Source of the DNA: Gammaproteobacteria bacterium
GTDB taxonomy: Bacteria > Pseudomonadota > Gammaproteobacteria > GCA-001735895
Assembly: GCA_050298595.1 (NCBI GenBank)
Contig: JBNKUM010000022.1
Location: 1-64,000 of the forward strand
DNA: 64,000 nt
Direction of reading: 5' to 3'
Shown here piece by piece: positions 63,576-64,000 of this stretch. A model generated the notes under the pieces. That model was given only the letters and a program-made list of their open reading frames with translations. It made no database searches and was not told the DNA's origin. Each line of letters opens with the position of its first letter. The first letter of the stretch is position 1. The translations under genes and the position numbers were made by a program.

Positions 63576-63881
63576 CGGGGGCGGTTTGTTACTGCATACT
63601 GTTGGTCAATTTAGCAGGGTGGTAGAAGTGACATTTTAGTTTTGAATTGATATTCTTTGAATCAGTTCGCTGCTTATTGAGAGCAATAATCCTAAGATAA
63701 ACTGATTAACAGGAAGTTTATAAATCGATAGGGTCAATTGATAATTTCTTTAACTCGTTTAGCCTGCTCATTTTCAGAATGCCGGTCAGTCTTGACTCGA
63801 TTTGGTGGCCAGCCCGGTCAGTTGGGGCTGGTGCCTACAGTTCGATAGAGCTTCTTCCTTTATTCTTAATTATGGCTACGG

Positions 63882-63969
63882 CGAGTTTTTCAACTTCCTT
63901 GATTCGAAGTAGGGCGATTTCCTAGGCTCGTAAACCAAGCTTGAAACTGATCTGCATGAAGGTGATGGT
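63882..63969 (-). pseudogene. Tyrosine recombinase remnant
   Basis: MQISFKLGLRA*EIALLRIKEV, box I with the catalytic Arg and an in-frame stop. Confidence 0.65.
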
Positions 63970-64000
63970 TAAAGATTTACGTACGGATTCATGTAACCGA

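Noticed and set aside
63882-63969. The missing integron integrase for the attI-like sites
   Set aside because: Short, interrupted by a stop, more than 35 kb from the sites, and no IntI-specific motif is visible.

Overview
AT-rich (roughly 40-45% GC by eye) chromosomal window, probably from a marine or sediment gammaproteobacterium (inferred from protein content). Recognisable modules: nhaR-like regulator divergent from an HPF-like gene and yccA; the Anbu/transglutaminase/CP-ATP-grasp/alpha-E locus; a GlpR-family regulator with a membrane hydrolase; betIBA-choXWV choline use; katG; a DddL DMSP lyase; a c-di-GMP/hemerythrin signalling cluster; and a TetR-linked frmA-fghA-formate dehydrogenase operon. 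Between them lie many mobile-DNA scars: an IS110 5' end, an IS4-type MITE with an 11-bp target duplication, IS91 and tyrosine recombinase remnants, and modular palindromic repeats. Two observations stand out. (1) A compact, higher-GC two-gene locus at 61.3-63.0 kb encodes an 80-aa protein with an internal LGCxxCHSGFD motif, translationally coupled to a DUF692/MNIO iron enzyme with a long C-terminal extension; it is a candidate uncharacterised RiPP or protein-modification system. (2) Two homologous attI-like leaders 14.5 kb apart have no integrase beside them, and each precedes cassette-like cargo. One precedes a Tae4-like amidase plus a 2-TM partner, closed by a textbook attC. All calls come from reading the sequence and recalling motifs; no searches were run.
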